This document shows, one piece after another, positions 27,018 through 35,389 of a stretch of DNA of 64,000 bases. The notes under the pieces are model-generated. The model was given only the letters and a program-made list of their open reading frames with translations. It was not told the DNA's origin and ran no database searches. The stretch comes from Flavobacteriales bacterium (GTDB taxonomy: Bacteria; Bacteroidota; Bacteroidia; Flavobacteriales_F; PHOS-HE28): assembly GCA_016704485.1 (NCBI GenBank), contig JADJAA010000001.1, positions 1,554,824-1,618,823 on the forward strand, written 5' to 3'. Position 1 is the first letter of the stretch, and each line of letters starts with the position of its first letter. The position numbers and the translations under genes were made by a program.

Positions 27018-28226
27018 TCAATGTTTGGTGATGGTGGTAAATTCCCATTTAGACTGTCCGTTCAGTTCGACTTGTTTGACTTGGCCGGAAACGAGGTCGC
27101 CATCCACAAGGCTGTGTAGTTTTATCAGATCCTTGTTGATGTAGGCATCGCCAGCATGGGCGTAGGTGTTATCGTTGCGTTTCTTGACCACGACGCGGCC
27201 CAGTTCTTTGGTATCACCGTCGAGTAGGGGAACTCCGTCGCTGCCTACCGCTTCCTCGTGTAGCCAGGTTCGGTTCGCCTTGGGGTCTGGATACTTTGCT
27301 GCGAACTTCTTGAACCAGACCAACACGTCCATGAGCTGGAACACGATGGTGCTCAAGAGGTAAGGCGTTACACCATGCTCGTGTAGTGCTTCGAGATTGT
27401 CCAAGCTGTAATTGGAATCCTCAGCGGTCTCGTCCGCATGCGAGCTTTCGCTGGTTACCCGCAGAATATTGTCCAGTGCATCGGCAACGATCCGGGGCAT
27501 CATCGGGCGGTCACACTTCAAGGCCACCGTGGCCGAAGAACGGCTCGGATAAAGCACGCGCTCGCCCCGCAGGAACAGTGCTGACAAGCGTTGGTTGACC
27601 CTCGGCTTTACAAGGACATCGGGTAGTAACCCGTGCCGATGCGCGGCATAGAAGAAGTGCTCCACTACCTGACGCAAAGGATTCATGAATAAGCGATCAC
27701 TACCGGACTTGTCCCCGCGATCCACAAAGCGCAATGCGTCCATGAACATAGGGTCGGCAACGGCATCCAAATAAGGAACTTGGAGCACTGCGAACACATC
27801 GGCATACCTATCACGAAGCGCTTGCTCGTTGCTTCGATCAACAAGGCTCTGTAGTTCCGCGTATAGGTCCTTCTCGTTCCCTTTCAAGTACCGCCGCTCA
27901 TCACGACGGTTCTTTGTTGCACCTTCGTCAAAGCCGGTATTGATCACATACGGAATATGAATGTTCGCTCCTTTCCATTGGTCCAGATCCCTGCGGGCTT
28001 CATGCAGGTGGTCGATGTCCTCGGTGGGTGAATGTTCATCCACCTGCCCTCTGGCATCGAGGATCAAGGCTTTGAAACGCTTTTCTCGGATCGGTTCCTT
28101 AGCCTCGGCCCAGGTCTTGAACCAAGTCACTTCGAAACCGTGCGCGACCGCCTTAGCAATTTGGGCTTTGGCGTATGCTTCATCGTCATCTACTAAGGCG
28201 ATCGGAACCAGGTCAAACAGTGTCAT
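27018..28226 (-). CDS. Response-regulator receiver (REC) domain protein with an uncharacterised ~280-aa C-terminal (effector?) domain
   Basis: ORF 27018..28289(-). Start at 28226 gives MTLFDLVPIALVDDDEAYAKAQIAKAVAHGFEVTWFKTWAEAKEPIREKRFKALILDARGQ, with an acidic pocket DDD and a phospho-acceptor-like D in ILDARG. The remainder has no recognisable family. Its start overlaps the stop of the upstream kinase gene by 14 nt. Confidence 0.65.
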   Translation of the reverse strand: MTLFDLVPIALVDDDEAYAKAQIAKAVAHGFEVTWFKTWAEAKEPIREKRFKALILDARGQVDEHSPTEDIDHLHEARRDLDQWKGANIHIPYVINTGFDEGATKNRRDERRYLKGNEKDLYAELQSLVDRSNEQALRDRYADVFAVLQVPYLDAVADPMFMDALRFVDRGDKSGSDRLFMNPLRQVVEHFFYAAHRHGLLPDVLVKPRVNQRLSALFLRGERVLYPSRSSATVALKCDRPMMPRIVADALDNILRVTSESSHADETAEDSNYSLDNLEALHEHGVTPYLLSTIVFQLMDVLVWFKKFAAKYPDPKANRTWLHEEAVGSDGVPLLDGDTKELGRVVVKKRNDNTYAHAGDAYINKDLIKLHSLVDGDLVSGQVKQVELNGQSKWEFTTITKH

Positions 28227-30909
28227 GCGAAATGGGAAGGTCAATGGTGAAGTGGACAAACATTTGAGTGGATACAGCTTCCCGGTCAAATGGTATCCAA
28301 TGATTCTCGTCTATACGTTGATCGCGTTCAAAACTCGATCGGTACTTGTCATCGCTCACTGGCAGGTTACCCGACACGAACTTTCCGCCGTGGTTGGCAA
28401 TGATCCGATCGATCAGATAGCCGCCTATGCCATTGCCCTTTTTCATGTCCAGACGCTTGCCAAAGGTGATGAAGTGCTCATGGGTAAAACCTTCCGGAAA
28501 GGGTTTGCCGTTGTTCTCGATGGTGATAACCAATCGCGTTCGTTGAGGTTCAATACGCGTTGATACCCTCACCCGTACGACCAATTGTTCCTGATCCGAT
28601 CGAAGGCCGTGTTTGGCCATATTGATGAACAAGTTCTGGATGACAAGTGCGAACTGTTGTTGATCGACATGTGCGATCACTCCTTCAGTGGTTTCTAGTC
28701 CAGCTTCACATTCGAAAATGACCATAAGCGCTTTCACCTGGTCGGCAAGTCCGCGCAATTCCGTTCGGAACAGTCGACGAAGGTCGATGGGCACTGGTCT
28801 TAGACTCTCCTTATCTGATCGGATCACCGCATTGATCAATTGAAAGAGACCGCGCATGCGATCCAATCCACTATTCATTGTATCTAGGGCGGTGGTGATC
28901 GTAGACTTTTCAACTGGGCCCAAACTGTTGAGTACTGCATGGATCTCGGCCATGGGTTGCTCCAGAAGCGCCACCACCGGGCGGAAGCTGTGCTCCACTG
29001 CACCAAGGATCTGCCACTCATCAGTGGAGAGGCCATGCTGTTTTTCCTGCCTAGCGATCTCCTCCTTCTTCGCCAATAGAATGGATTCCTTCCGTTCGCG
29101 AACAATGCGCAGTTGATCCTTGAGTTCGGGTAAGCGAACCCGAATTCTCAGAACGTCTGCTTTGGCTATGAAAGCGATCGTACTTCCTTGGTGGTATGCG
29201 TCGAGCTGATCTTGGATCGTGGGCGTTCTTAGTTCTGTTGCGAGGTATTCGGTATTAGCACGAGCCGCATCCACACGGAACATGAATACATTGCTTCCCA
29301 CGGCGATCGGTCCATCTACCGGGTCGAATAAGGTCGGCTTCAACTTTCCGCCCACCCGTGCAAGTAGCAGTGCTGGCACATCCAATCTCTTCAGTCCCTT
29401 CTTGACAGAACCGGTTTCATGTTGCCCATCACGCGCCGTGCGCCTCATGTCGAGGACATCCGTTGAAAGCTCGGAGACCTGGAAGAGCGGCAGACCGGCG
29501 AGGTCGCCCATGGAGAGGATATCGTCCGAAAGCACGGTGCCGAGTTCAACCACGTCCACACCATCCGCTTCGGCCACGATATGGGCTTGTTGAAGCAGGC
29601 TGGCAAACCGACTCATGCTCCAAGACACATGCTCGTCGGAACGGATGTCAGAAACCTTCACGTCCAAAACACCTTGTAAGGTATAAGTGCTATCCAACGC
29701 CTGCAGCACGCTGCTAACATCGAGTGTTATTTCGGATCGCGTCTTGTATGTGACATGCAAACCCGCATCCACGAATCGGACAGGCGCATTCGTTGGCCGT
29801 GATCCATTCAAAACAATGATCGAGGTCTTTATCCCTGAGTAGGGTGTGAAGGATCCTGCTGGCAACGAGATCACTGCTTCGAGCAACCCTAGGTCAAGAA
29901 TCTGTTTGCGTAGATGCGCTCTGTTGATGCCGAACAACATACTCTCGGGCACAAGGATCACCGCCTTCCCCTCGGGTGCAAGCCGCTTGAGGATCTGGTT
30001 GATCGCTATCTCATAGGGTTCTATCGCGCGTAGCCTTCCTTCCTCTTTCACTCGACCACCGAAAGGTGGTGCACTAATGCAATGCGTATACTTCTTGTTG
30101 GAAGCACCGGGTGCTGATGGTTCGTTCAAGGCGGCGTTCAGGTCTGCCCCGAGAATACGTGCTTGCAGCGTATTGAAGAAGAATGCGAATTGGTTGAAGA
30201 ATACCGCGTCGAGCTTTACAGAATGTGGCGCACGCGCTGCGAGCACTGCTGGCAATACGCTCGCATCCGCAGCTGGGTCGAATACCTCTTCCACGTCTCC
30301 GAGCAGCCGCGCCATAAGCATTGCAACGGACCATGGCGTACAGAACTGGCCCATGTGACTATCGCGCAAGAGGAGGCTACGCATTTCTTCCACATACTCG
30401 ATCGGTTCCAAACCCGCTGATGCCATGAGAAAAAGCTCAGTTTGTACTGGGCTTGTTGCCAGTGCGCCGCCATTTTTAAGAAGATACGAATGCTGCTCCC
30501 CAAAGTCCTTAAACTCCTCTGCCAATTCATTCAAGGTGGACCATAATCCTTCTCCTCTTTGAGCGATCGTAGGCAACACTCCTGCTGGGCGCACGGCCAA
30601 GGCATAAATGAGTGCCAGCTCCAAGCCAACGGTCTGCGCGAAGGGCATGGATCGTAGCGCATTGCGCAATTCCCATGCGTGGGCCTGAAAAAAACGGACC
30701 CGGTTCAACATACGTTCTGGATCCAACTGTAAACTACCGTCATCGGATATACTAACACGCCCACCAGACAACTCCACCTCAGCAAGCAAGCTCGATGGCT
30801 CAACGTCCTTCTGGCTCAATAAGACCTTGACGATATTACAGACACCCTCCAAAGTATCCGAGCCGTTCTTCAGGCGAAGGGCACATATTATGGCGTCTAT
30901 CAGTTTCAT
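28213..30909 (-). CDS. Fusion protein: HsdM-like N6-adenine MTase domain (degenerate catalytic motifs) + HsdS-like target-recognition domain + HisKA/HATPase_c histidine kinase
   Basis: 898 aa. It has an HsdM N-terminal helical domain. Motif X is GQFCTPWSVAMLMARLL. Motif I is degenerate, VFDPAADASVLP (no GxGxF). Motif IV is CISAPPFGG, APPF instead of NPPF. The HsdM C-terminal region is AVILVPESMLFGINRAHLRKQILDLGLLEAVISLPAGSFTPYSGIKTSIIVL. The HsdS-like conserved helix is VRLPELKDQLRIVRERKESI. The H-box is AVEHSFRPVVALL. The GHKL ATPase region is LFINMAKHG (N-box), ...IENNGKPFPEGF...GNGIGGYLIDRIIANHGGK (G1/G2). Confidence 0.75.
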   Translation of the reverse strand: MKLIDAIICALRLKNGSDTLEGVCNIVKVLLSQKDVEPSSLLAEVELSGGRVSISDDGSLQLDPERMLNRVRFFQAHAWELRNALRSMPFAQTVGLELALIYALAVRPAGVLPTIAQRGEGLWSTLNELAEEFKDFGEQHSYLLKNGGALATSPVQTELFLMASAGLEPIEYVEEMRSLLLRDSHMGQFCTPWSVAMLMARLLGDVEEVFDPAADASVLPAVLAARAPHSVKLDAVFFNQFAFFFNTLQARILGADLNAALNEPSAPGASNKKYTHCISAPPFGGRVKEEGRLRAIEPYEIAINQILKRLAPEGKAVILVPESMLFGINRAHLRKQILDLGLLEAVISLPAGSFTPYSGIKTSIIVLNGSRPTNAPVRFVDAGLHVTYKTRSEITLDVSSVLQALDSTYTLQGVLDVKVSDIRSDEHVSWSMSRFASLLQQAHIVAEADGVDVVELGTVLSDDILSMGDLAGLPLFQVSELSTDVLDMRRTARDGQHETGSVKKGLKRLDVPALLLARVGGKLKPTLFDPVDGPIAVGSNVFMFRVDAARANTEYLATELRTPTIQDQLDAYHQGSTIAFIAKADVLRIRVRLPELKDQLRIVRERKESILLAKKEEIARQEKQHGLSTDEWQILGAVEHSFRPVVALLEQPMAEIHAVLNSLGPVEKSTITTALDTMNSGLDRMRGLFQLINAVIRSDKESLRPVPIDLRRLFRTELRGLADQVKALMVIFECEAGLETTEGVIAHVDQQQFALVIQNLFINMAKHGLRSDQEQLVVRVRVSTRIEPQRTRLVITIENNGKPFPEGFTHEHFITFGKRLDMKKGNGIGGYLIDRIIANHGGKFVSGNLPVSDDKYRSSFERDQRIDENHWIPFDREAVSTQMFVHFTIDLPISHDTV

Positions 30910-30971
30910 GCAACGGGGGTCAAAGTAAGCGGTGGAGGGTTATGGTGTAGATGTGTTTGCAGGTTATGATC

Positions 30972-32234
30972 TCAAGCGACTTTCTCCAGTCGGTTTGTCG
31001 GCAGAAGTTGGGCAGCCATACGATCCATGACCTCCCATTCCGGACGTGTGTACGAGTTGCTCTCCGTGACCACCGGGATCCTGAATTCGCCCATGGCATC
31101 CTCGCGCATAGCCCATTGATCCTTCTGGTCGTAGAGCTTTGTTCCGGGCAAAAGCATCAGCGGCCAAGCCTTAACGTCCCTGCAGCCTTTGGATAAGAGG
31201 TGGTCGATACTACGCTGGAAACTTTCCAAGGTCTGTCCGGGCAACCCGTAGATCAAACTCACTTCGAAAGGAATCTCGCGCTCCACAAGCTGTTCAATAG
31301 CAGCATCGACAAGATCCATCCGATTGGCGCGGTCAATTTTCTTGGACACTGCATGGTCCGTGGTCTGCAACCCGAACTCCAAGTGGAAGTTGGCTTGCGT
31401 ACAAAGGTCCAGGAATGCATTAACCTGTTGGCCTCGGATATTCTCAAAGCGCGATTGCAGGGTGAAGGTGGAGCGCGTACGGAGTTGAACGATCTCTTGC
31501 ATTATATCCAGGCACTCCTTCCCAGCGTTGAAGATGGGGTCGAGTATGTTCACGCGTTGCACACGATGTTCAGTGAGAAATGCTAACTCTTTAAAGACTT
31601 TATCCAGTGGGTGCTTATGCACGCGGTGAGTGGCGAGGTCGCGGTGTGCGCAAAATGAACACCGGTAGGGGCAGCCGCGTTTGGTCTCCAACCGTACCAT
31701 ACCGGCTCCCATTGGTACAGGCAATTCGCCAGTGAGATACGGTGAGGCCAGTTGTGTGAAGTCCACTGGTACGTTCACGAACACGGGTTCGTCGGCATCG
31801 AGATGGTCCGTCAATTCGGCAAAGGCTTGTTCGGCTTGTCCGGAGATGAAGACCTGGCAATCCGGATACCGACGCAGCAATTCTGCTCGGTTCCCGTAGG
31901 TGACTTGATACCCTCCGAGGACCACCTTGCCAAGGAACCCAAGACGACGAAGCAATGCGATGATGCCATTGGTGAGGTACTCGTTCCAGATGTAAGCCGA
32001 GAGCGCGATGGCGTTAAAGCGGCTCACATCAAGCGCCGCGAGTTGCACTTCGAATTGCTCGGGTGTGGCCGTGCCGCCGTGTTCGAGCATGTTGATCGAG
32101 AGGTGTTCCACGTGCATCTGTCCACGCAGCCGTTCATTACTCCGTTGGTGTGCCAAGAGAGATGCGATCGCCAAGGGCTTGGTGATCTCACCGTGCCGGA
32201 TCAGGTCGAAGGATATGATGAGCGTGTTCGTCAT
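30972..32234 (-). CDS. B12-binding domain radical SAM protein
   Basis: ORF 30972..32282(-). There is an N-terminal cobalamin-binding-like Rossmann region. The radical SAM cluster motif is RGCPYRCSFCAH (CxxxCxxC). It sits 62 bp upstream of the MTase-kinase gene, which is co-oriented. Confidence 0.75.
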   Translation of the reverse strand: MTNTLIISFDLIRHGEITKPLAIASLLAHQRSNERLRGQMHVEHLSINMLEHGGTATPEQFEVQLAALDVSRFNAIALSAYIWNEYLTNGIIALLRRLGFLGKVVLGGYQVTYGNRAELLRRYPDCQVFISGQAEQAFAELTDHLDADEPVFVNVPVDFTQLASPYLTGELPVPMGAGMVRLETKRGCPYRCSFCAHRDLATHRVHKHPLDKVFKELAFLTEHRVQRVNILDPIFNAGKECLDIMQEIVQLRTRSTFTLQSRFENIRGQQVNAFLDLCTQANFHLEFGLQTTDHAVSKKIDRANRMDLVDAAIEQLVEREIPFEVSLIYGLPGQTLESFQRSIDHLLSKGCRDVKAWPLMLLPGTKLYDQKDQWAMREDAMGEFRIPVVTESNSYTRPEWEVMDRMAAQLLPTNRLEKVA

Positions 32235-32343
32235 TGGTCCTCGCCACCAAGGGTCTATATGGTTGGATAATCGCTCAACCAACGAACTTCCCTATGGCAA
32301 CGGACCAAAAGTCCCGGTCACCTGTGCAGTCTATCTGCACAGT

Positions 32344-33354
32344 TCATTTCGCGTAGTTCTTCTTCATTTCCATCACCCGCAAAAGCAGCGCTTGGCGTAG
32401 TTCTTCCGGCGCAATAACCTGTAGCCCTTCTCCATAAGATAACAACAAGGCTTGTAGCTCGTAGTTCAGCTTCACTTCTAAACGAATAGTCGCGCCGCCG
32501 TCTTTTCTCTTCACTACTTTCTGCGAACCGTGTATAGGCTTTGACTCCAAATAAGGCCAAAGTCTATCCGTGACTTGGATCTTGACAACAACAGCTTCTT
32601 GATCCGCAGGTACACTTACACCAACAACATCCTCAAAATACTCCGTGAAATCCACCTCATCGTTCGGTATGTATTTCACCTTACTGGGTACAATATCCCG
32701 GATCCGGTCCAAGGCCATATTGACAATACGCCCCTCTTCCTCAAGACCAAAAACAAACCAACGGTTGTTATACTGTTTCAAGTAATACGGATGGAGCAAC
32801 ACAATGCTAGGCGCATTTTGCTTGAAGCCTTGGTAAGATATTTCCAAGGCTTGCTCATTGATGATCGAATGAAATAATGTGGTAATGTGCTCGGCACCTT
32901 TCAAATACGGGTTCTGCTCAAACTCGATGACCTGAGCAGCCCCTTGTTTCAGCCCGAAACCAGCTTCCAACCGAGCAACTAATTCATCTACCCATTCAAA
33001 CTGCGGCATGCCCTTAAATCGGCTCAGCGTTAAGAGCGCCTCCTTCAATTGTTCCGCTTCGCTCTCGTTCAGCGGTCGCTTGTTGATAGAGAATTCAAGG
33101 TCACTGTACCGGTAAAAAGTACGCTTTCCGTCTTTGTGTTTCTCCAGCGGGATAGCCCATCCTTGTTCGCTCTCCATGTACTTGATGTCCTCGAAAACTT
33201 GGCGGCGGCTGATGCTTGCACCTGCTCCGGTGAACTCCTCCAACGCCATGTTGCAAGCTTCCATCAGGTCTTCGATGAAATACTCGCGCCCACGGTTCGC
33301 AAAGCAACGGTCCATTGTCTGATAGCGAATAAGGGCATTCTTATTTACGGGCAT
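32344..33354 (-). CDS. WYL-domain transcriptional regulator (N-terminal wHTH + WYL + C-terminal WCX-like)
   Basis: 336 aa. The WYL signature is LLHPYYLKQYNNRWFVFGL, with an N-terminal HTH-like region. It has BrxR/CapW-like architecture. It is the first gene of the co-oriented block 33354->24303. Confidence 0.75.
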   Translation of the reverse strand: MPVNKNALIRYQTMDRCFANRGREYFIEDLMEACNMALEEFTGAGASISRRQVFEDIKYMESEQGWAIPLEKHKDGKRTFYRYSDLEFSINKRPLNESEAEQLKEALLTLSRFKGMPQFEWVDELVARLEAGFGLKQGAAQVIEFEQNPYLKGAEHITTLFHSIINEQALEISYQGFKQNAPSIVLLHPYYLKQYNNRWFVFGLEEEGRIVNMALDRIRDIVPSKVKYIPNDEVDFTEYFEDVVGVSVPADQEAVVVKIQVTDRLWPYLESKPIHGSQKVVKRKDGGATIRLEVKLNYELQALLLSYGEGLQVIAPEELRQALLLRVMEMKKNYAK

Positions 33355-33487
33355 CTCGGGTGGCTGAAATTAGGGCTGAACGGTGTTACCAGCCTCGTCT
33401 TTTATGGTCCTTCAGAAATACAAAAAACGGACTAATGCTTCTGCGCTCACTTTTCAAAAATCAATTGCATAGAGCAAATTAATCTTC

Positions 33488-33900
33488 CGCTGCCAGCTGG
33501 GTGGTAACCTGCACCAAGCTTGATGGTACCACACACCAAGCTTAGTGGTACCCTGTGCCAAGCTTAGTGGTACCTTGCACTAAGCTTGATGGTACCCTGC
33601 ACTAAGCTTAGTGGTACCCTGCACTAAGCTTAGTGGTACTCTGCACTAAGCTTAATGGTACCCTGCACCCAGTTGGGTGGTACCCTCCACCCAGCAGGGT
33701 GGTACCCTGCACCCAGTTGGGTGGTACCCTGCACTAAGCTTAGTGGTACCCTGCACTAAGCTTAGTGGTACTCTGCACTAAGCTTAATGGTACCCTGCAC
33801 CCAGTTGGGTGGTACCCTGCACCCAGTTGGGTGGTACCCTGCACCCAGTTGGGTGGTACCCCGCACTAAACTTAATGGTACCCGACACCAAGCTCAATAG
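33488..33900. repeat. Tandem array of ~19 copies of a 22-bp unit GGTACCCTGCACTAAGCTTAGT (variant units GGTACCCTGCACCCAGTTGGGT)
   Basis: Read directly from the sequence. Each unit contains the palindrome GGTACC plus either the 10-bp palindrome CTAAGCTTAG or the near-palindrome CCCAGTTGGG. A ~90-bp higher-order block (A-A-A-B) is itself duplicated. There are no unique spacers. It is non-coding because the unit length is not a multiple of 3. Confidence 0.9.
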
Positions 33901-33984
33901 TGCATTCCATTGATCTTGAGGGAGTTCACCTGAACCAGCATTGCGCTTGTGCCTCGGGAACTTGAGGAAGTAAAAGGTGAAATG

Positions 33985-34202
33985 GTCCGCTATCTATACC
34001 ATACTACTATAGGGCACATTGAACCTTAGTCTGGACTTCCGCCTTCGGAACTGCATTCGCTGCCAGATGATCATTGGGGTGCAATTATCCCAAACCTATA
34101 CCATATTACTATAGGGGGCATAAGCCTCCATCTCCGGCTCGTGAACTTTGGAGGTAAAGATGGTGTGATTTGACCTACTACCTATACCATATTACTATAT
34201 GG
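33985..34202. repeat. Three dispersed copies (~100 bp spacing) of a 20-nt near-palindromic motif CCTATACCATAYTACTATAGGG
   Basis: Copies are at ~33985 (ctataccatactactataggg), ~34089 (cctataccatattactataggg) and ~34178 (cctataccatattactatatgg). They lie between the two tandem arrays. Confidence 0.7.
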
Positions 34203-34287
34203 TGCTTTGCACCGTGCGCCTCGTGGTGCACACTTGTGGTTCAGAACTGCTTCATGTAGGCCTGGTGCAAGAGGCTGTATTTGTTCC

Positions 34288-34758
34288 ATTGGTACATGGC
34301 CTTGTCCCGTAAGTACATGTACTTGTGCCTTTGGTACATGTACTTGTCCCGTGAGTACATGTACTTGTCCCGTAAGTGCATGTACTTGTCCCGTGAGTAC
34401 ATGTACTTGTCCCGTGAGTACATGTACTTGTCCCGTAAGTACATGTACTTGTCCCGTAAGTACATGTACTTGTGCCGTTGGTACATGTACTTGTCCCGTA
34501 AGTACATGTACTTGTGCCGTTGGTACATGTACTTGTGCCGTTGGTACATGTACTTGTGCCGTGAGTACATGTACTTGTGCCGTGAGTACATGTACTTGTC
34601 CCGTAAGTACATGTACTTGTGCCGTTGGTACATGTACTTGTCCCGTAAGTACATGTACTTGTCCCGTAAGTACATGTACTTGTCCCGTAAGTACATGTAC
34701 TTGTCCCGTAAGTACATGTACTTGTGCCGTGAGTATGTGTACCTGTACCATGTGTAAC
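34288..34758. repeat. Tandem array of ~22 copies of a 21-bp unit TACATGTACTTGTCCCGTAAG (variants GTGCCGTTGG / CCGTGAG)
   Basis: Read directly from the sequence. Each unit contains the perfect 10-bp palindrome GTACATGTAC. Because 21 bp equals 7 codons, all frames are open, which explains four overlapping artefactual ORFs in the track (34182..34788). Confidence 0.9.
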
Positions 34759-35042
34759 GATACTTCAAGTTACAGTACACTTACTTGATACAGAGGTGCT
34801 TATGCCATTGCGTGGGGTATGCCTGCTTGTAACACGGGGACTGATAACCCACTCAGCGTCAGGCGTAAAGAGTGATCCGAACGTTGCCCGTGCTGCATAA
34901 CCCATCCTCGAGCGGCCGCGTGCGGGCTACAGTAAATGAAAAGAACCCCGGCCAGTTGTGCTAGGATTCTTCCGTTCGGGGATGGTGTATGAGTGGCAGG
35001 GTCGTCTGCTATGCGGCAGACTGACCCTGAGCGGGTTTAAAA

Positions 35043-35327
35043 ATGCGCCGCTGCACTACGCAATGGGTAGCGGATGCGCAGTTCGCTTACCTGGTGGACC
35101 CCGCATCGCCCGAAGCGGAACTTCCGCACAAAGCAACCCTCTTGGTGCACTGCCCGGAACGCGGCGAGATCCGGCTGAATATATTGTCCAACGGTTCCAT
35201 CGCCGAACTACAGTTCACGGACTGCTATGAACCGATGTCCAGAACCACCAGCATAGCAGAAGAATCCGATCCGATGTCTCCTTTTACCGTGGTACATCGG
35301 CATTGGGATCACGGCAGTGAGGTGTAG
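35043..35327 (+). CDS. Possible small protein (94 aa), followed by an intrinsic terminator
   Basis: The ORF has mixed amino-acid composition and ends 22 nt upstream of a strong hairpin + T8 terminator. No homology recognised. A 13-bp-stem hairpin (34996..35028) lies just upstream. Confidence 0.3.
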   Translation: MRRCTTQWVADAQFAYLVDPASPEAELPHKATLLVHCPERGEIRLNILSNGSIAELQFTDCYEPMSRTTSIAEESDPMSPFTVVHRHWDHGSEV

Positions 35328-35348
35328 GTGTGCCCCTCATTTGAATGG

Positions 35349-35389
35349 AACGACCCCGCTGTTTTTGCTGGGTCGTTTTTTTTGCTGGG
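35349..35389 (+). terminator. Rho-independent terminator (stem ACGACCC/GGGTCGT, 13-nt loop, T8 tail)
   Basis: The sequence reads aACGACCCcgctgtttttgctGGGTCGTtttttttg. Confidence 0.6.

Noticed and set aside
28213-30909. BREX PglX or Type IIG/ISP restriction-modification enzyme
   Set aside because: There are no nuclease or helicase domains and no brxA/B/C/L neighbours. The C-terminus is a histidine kinase rather than an endonuclease, and the MTase motifs are degenerate.
33488-34758. CRISPR array
   Set aside because: The repeats are directly tandem (22-bp and 21-bp units) with no interspersed unique spacers. Unit length and palindromic content are unlike CRISPR repeats. No cas genes are in the window.
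34182-34788. Four overlapping ORFs (158-193 aa) predicted on both strands across the 21-bp array
   Set aside because: A 21-bp (7-codon) tandem repeat keeps every frame open. The translations are pure heptad repetitions (VHVLTGQ, STCTCPV, KYMYLRD) without start context, signal peptide or flanking non-repeat domains. They are an artefact of the repeat.
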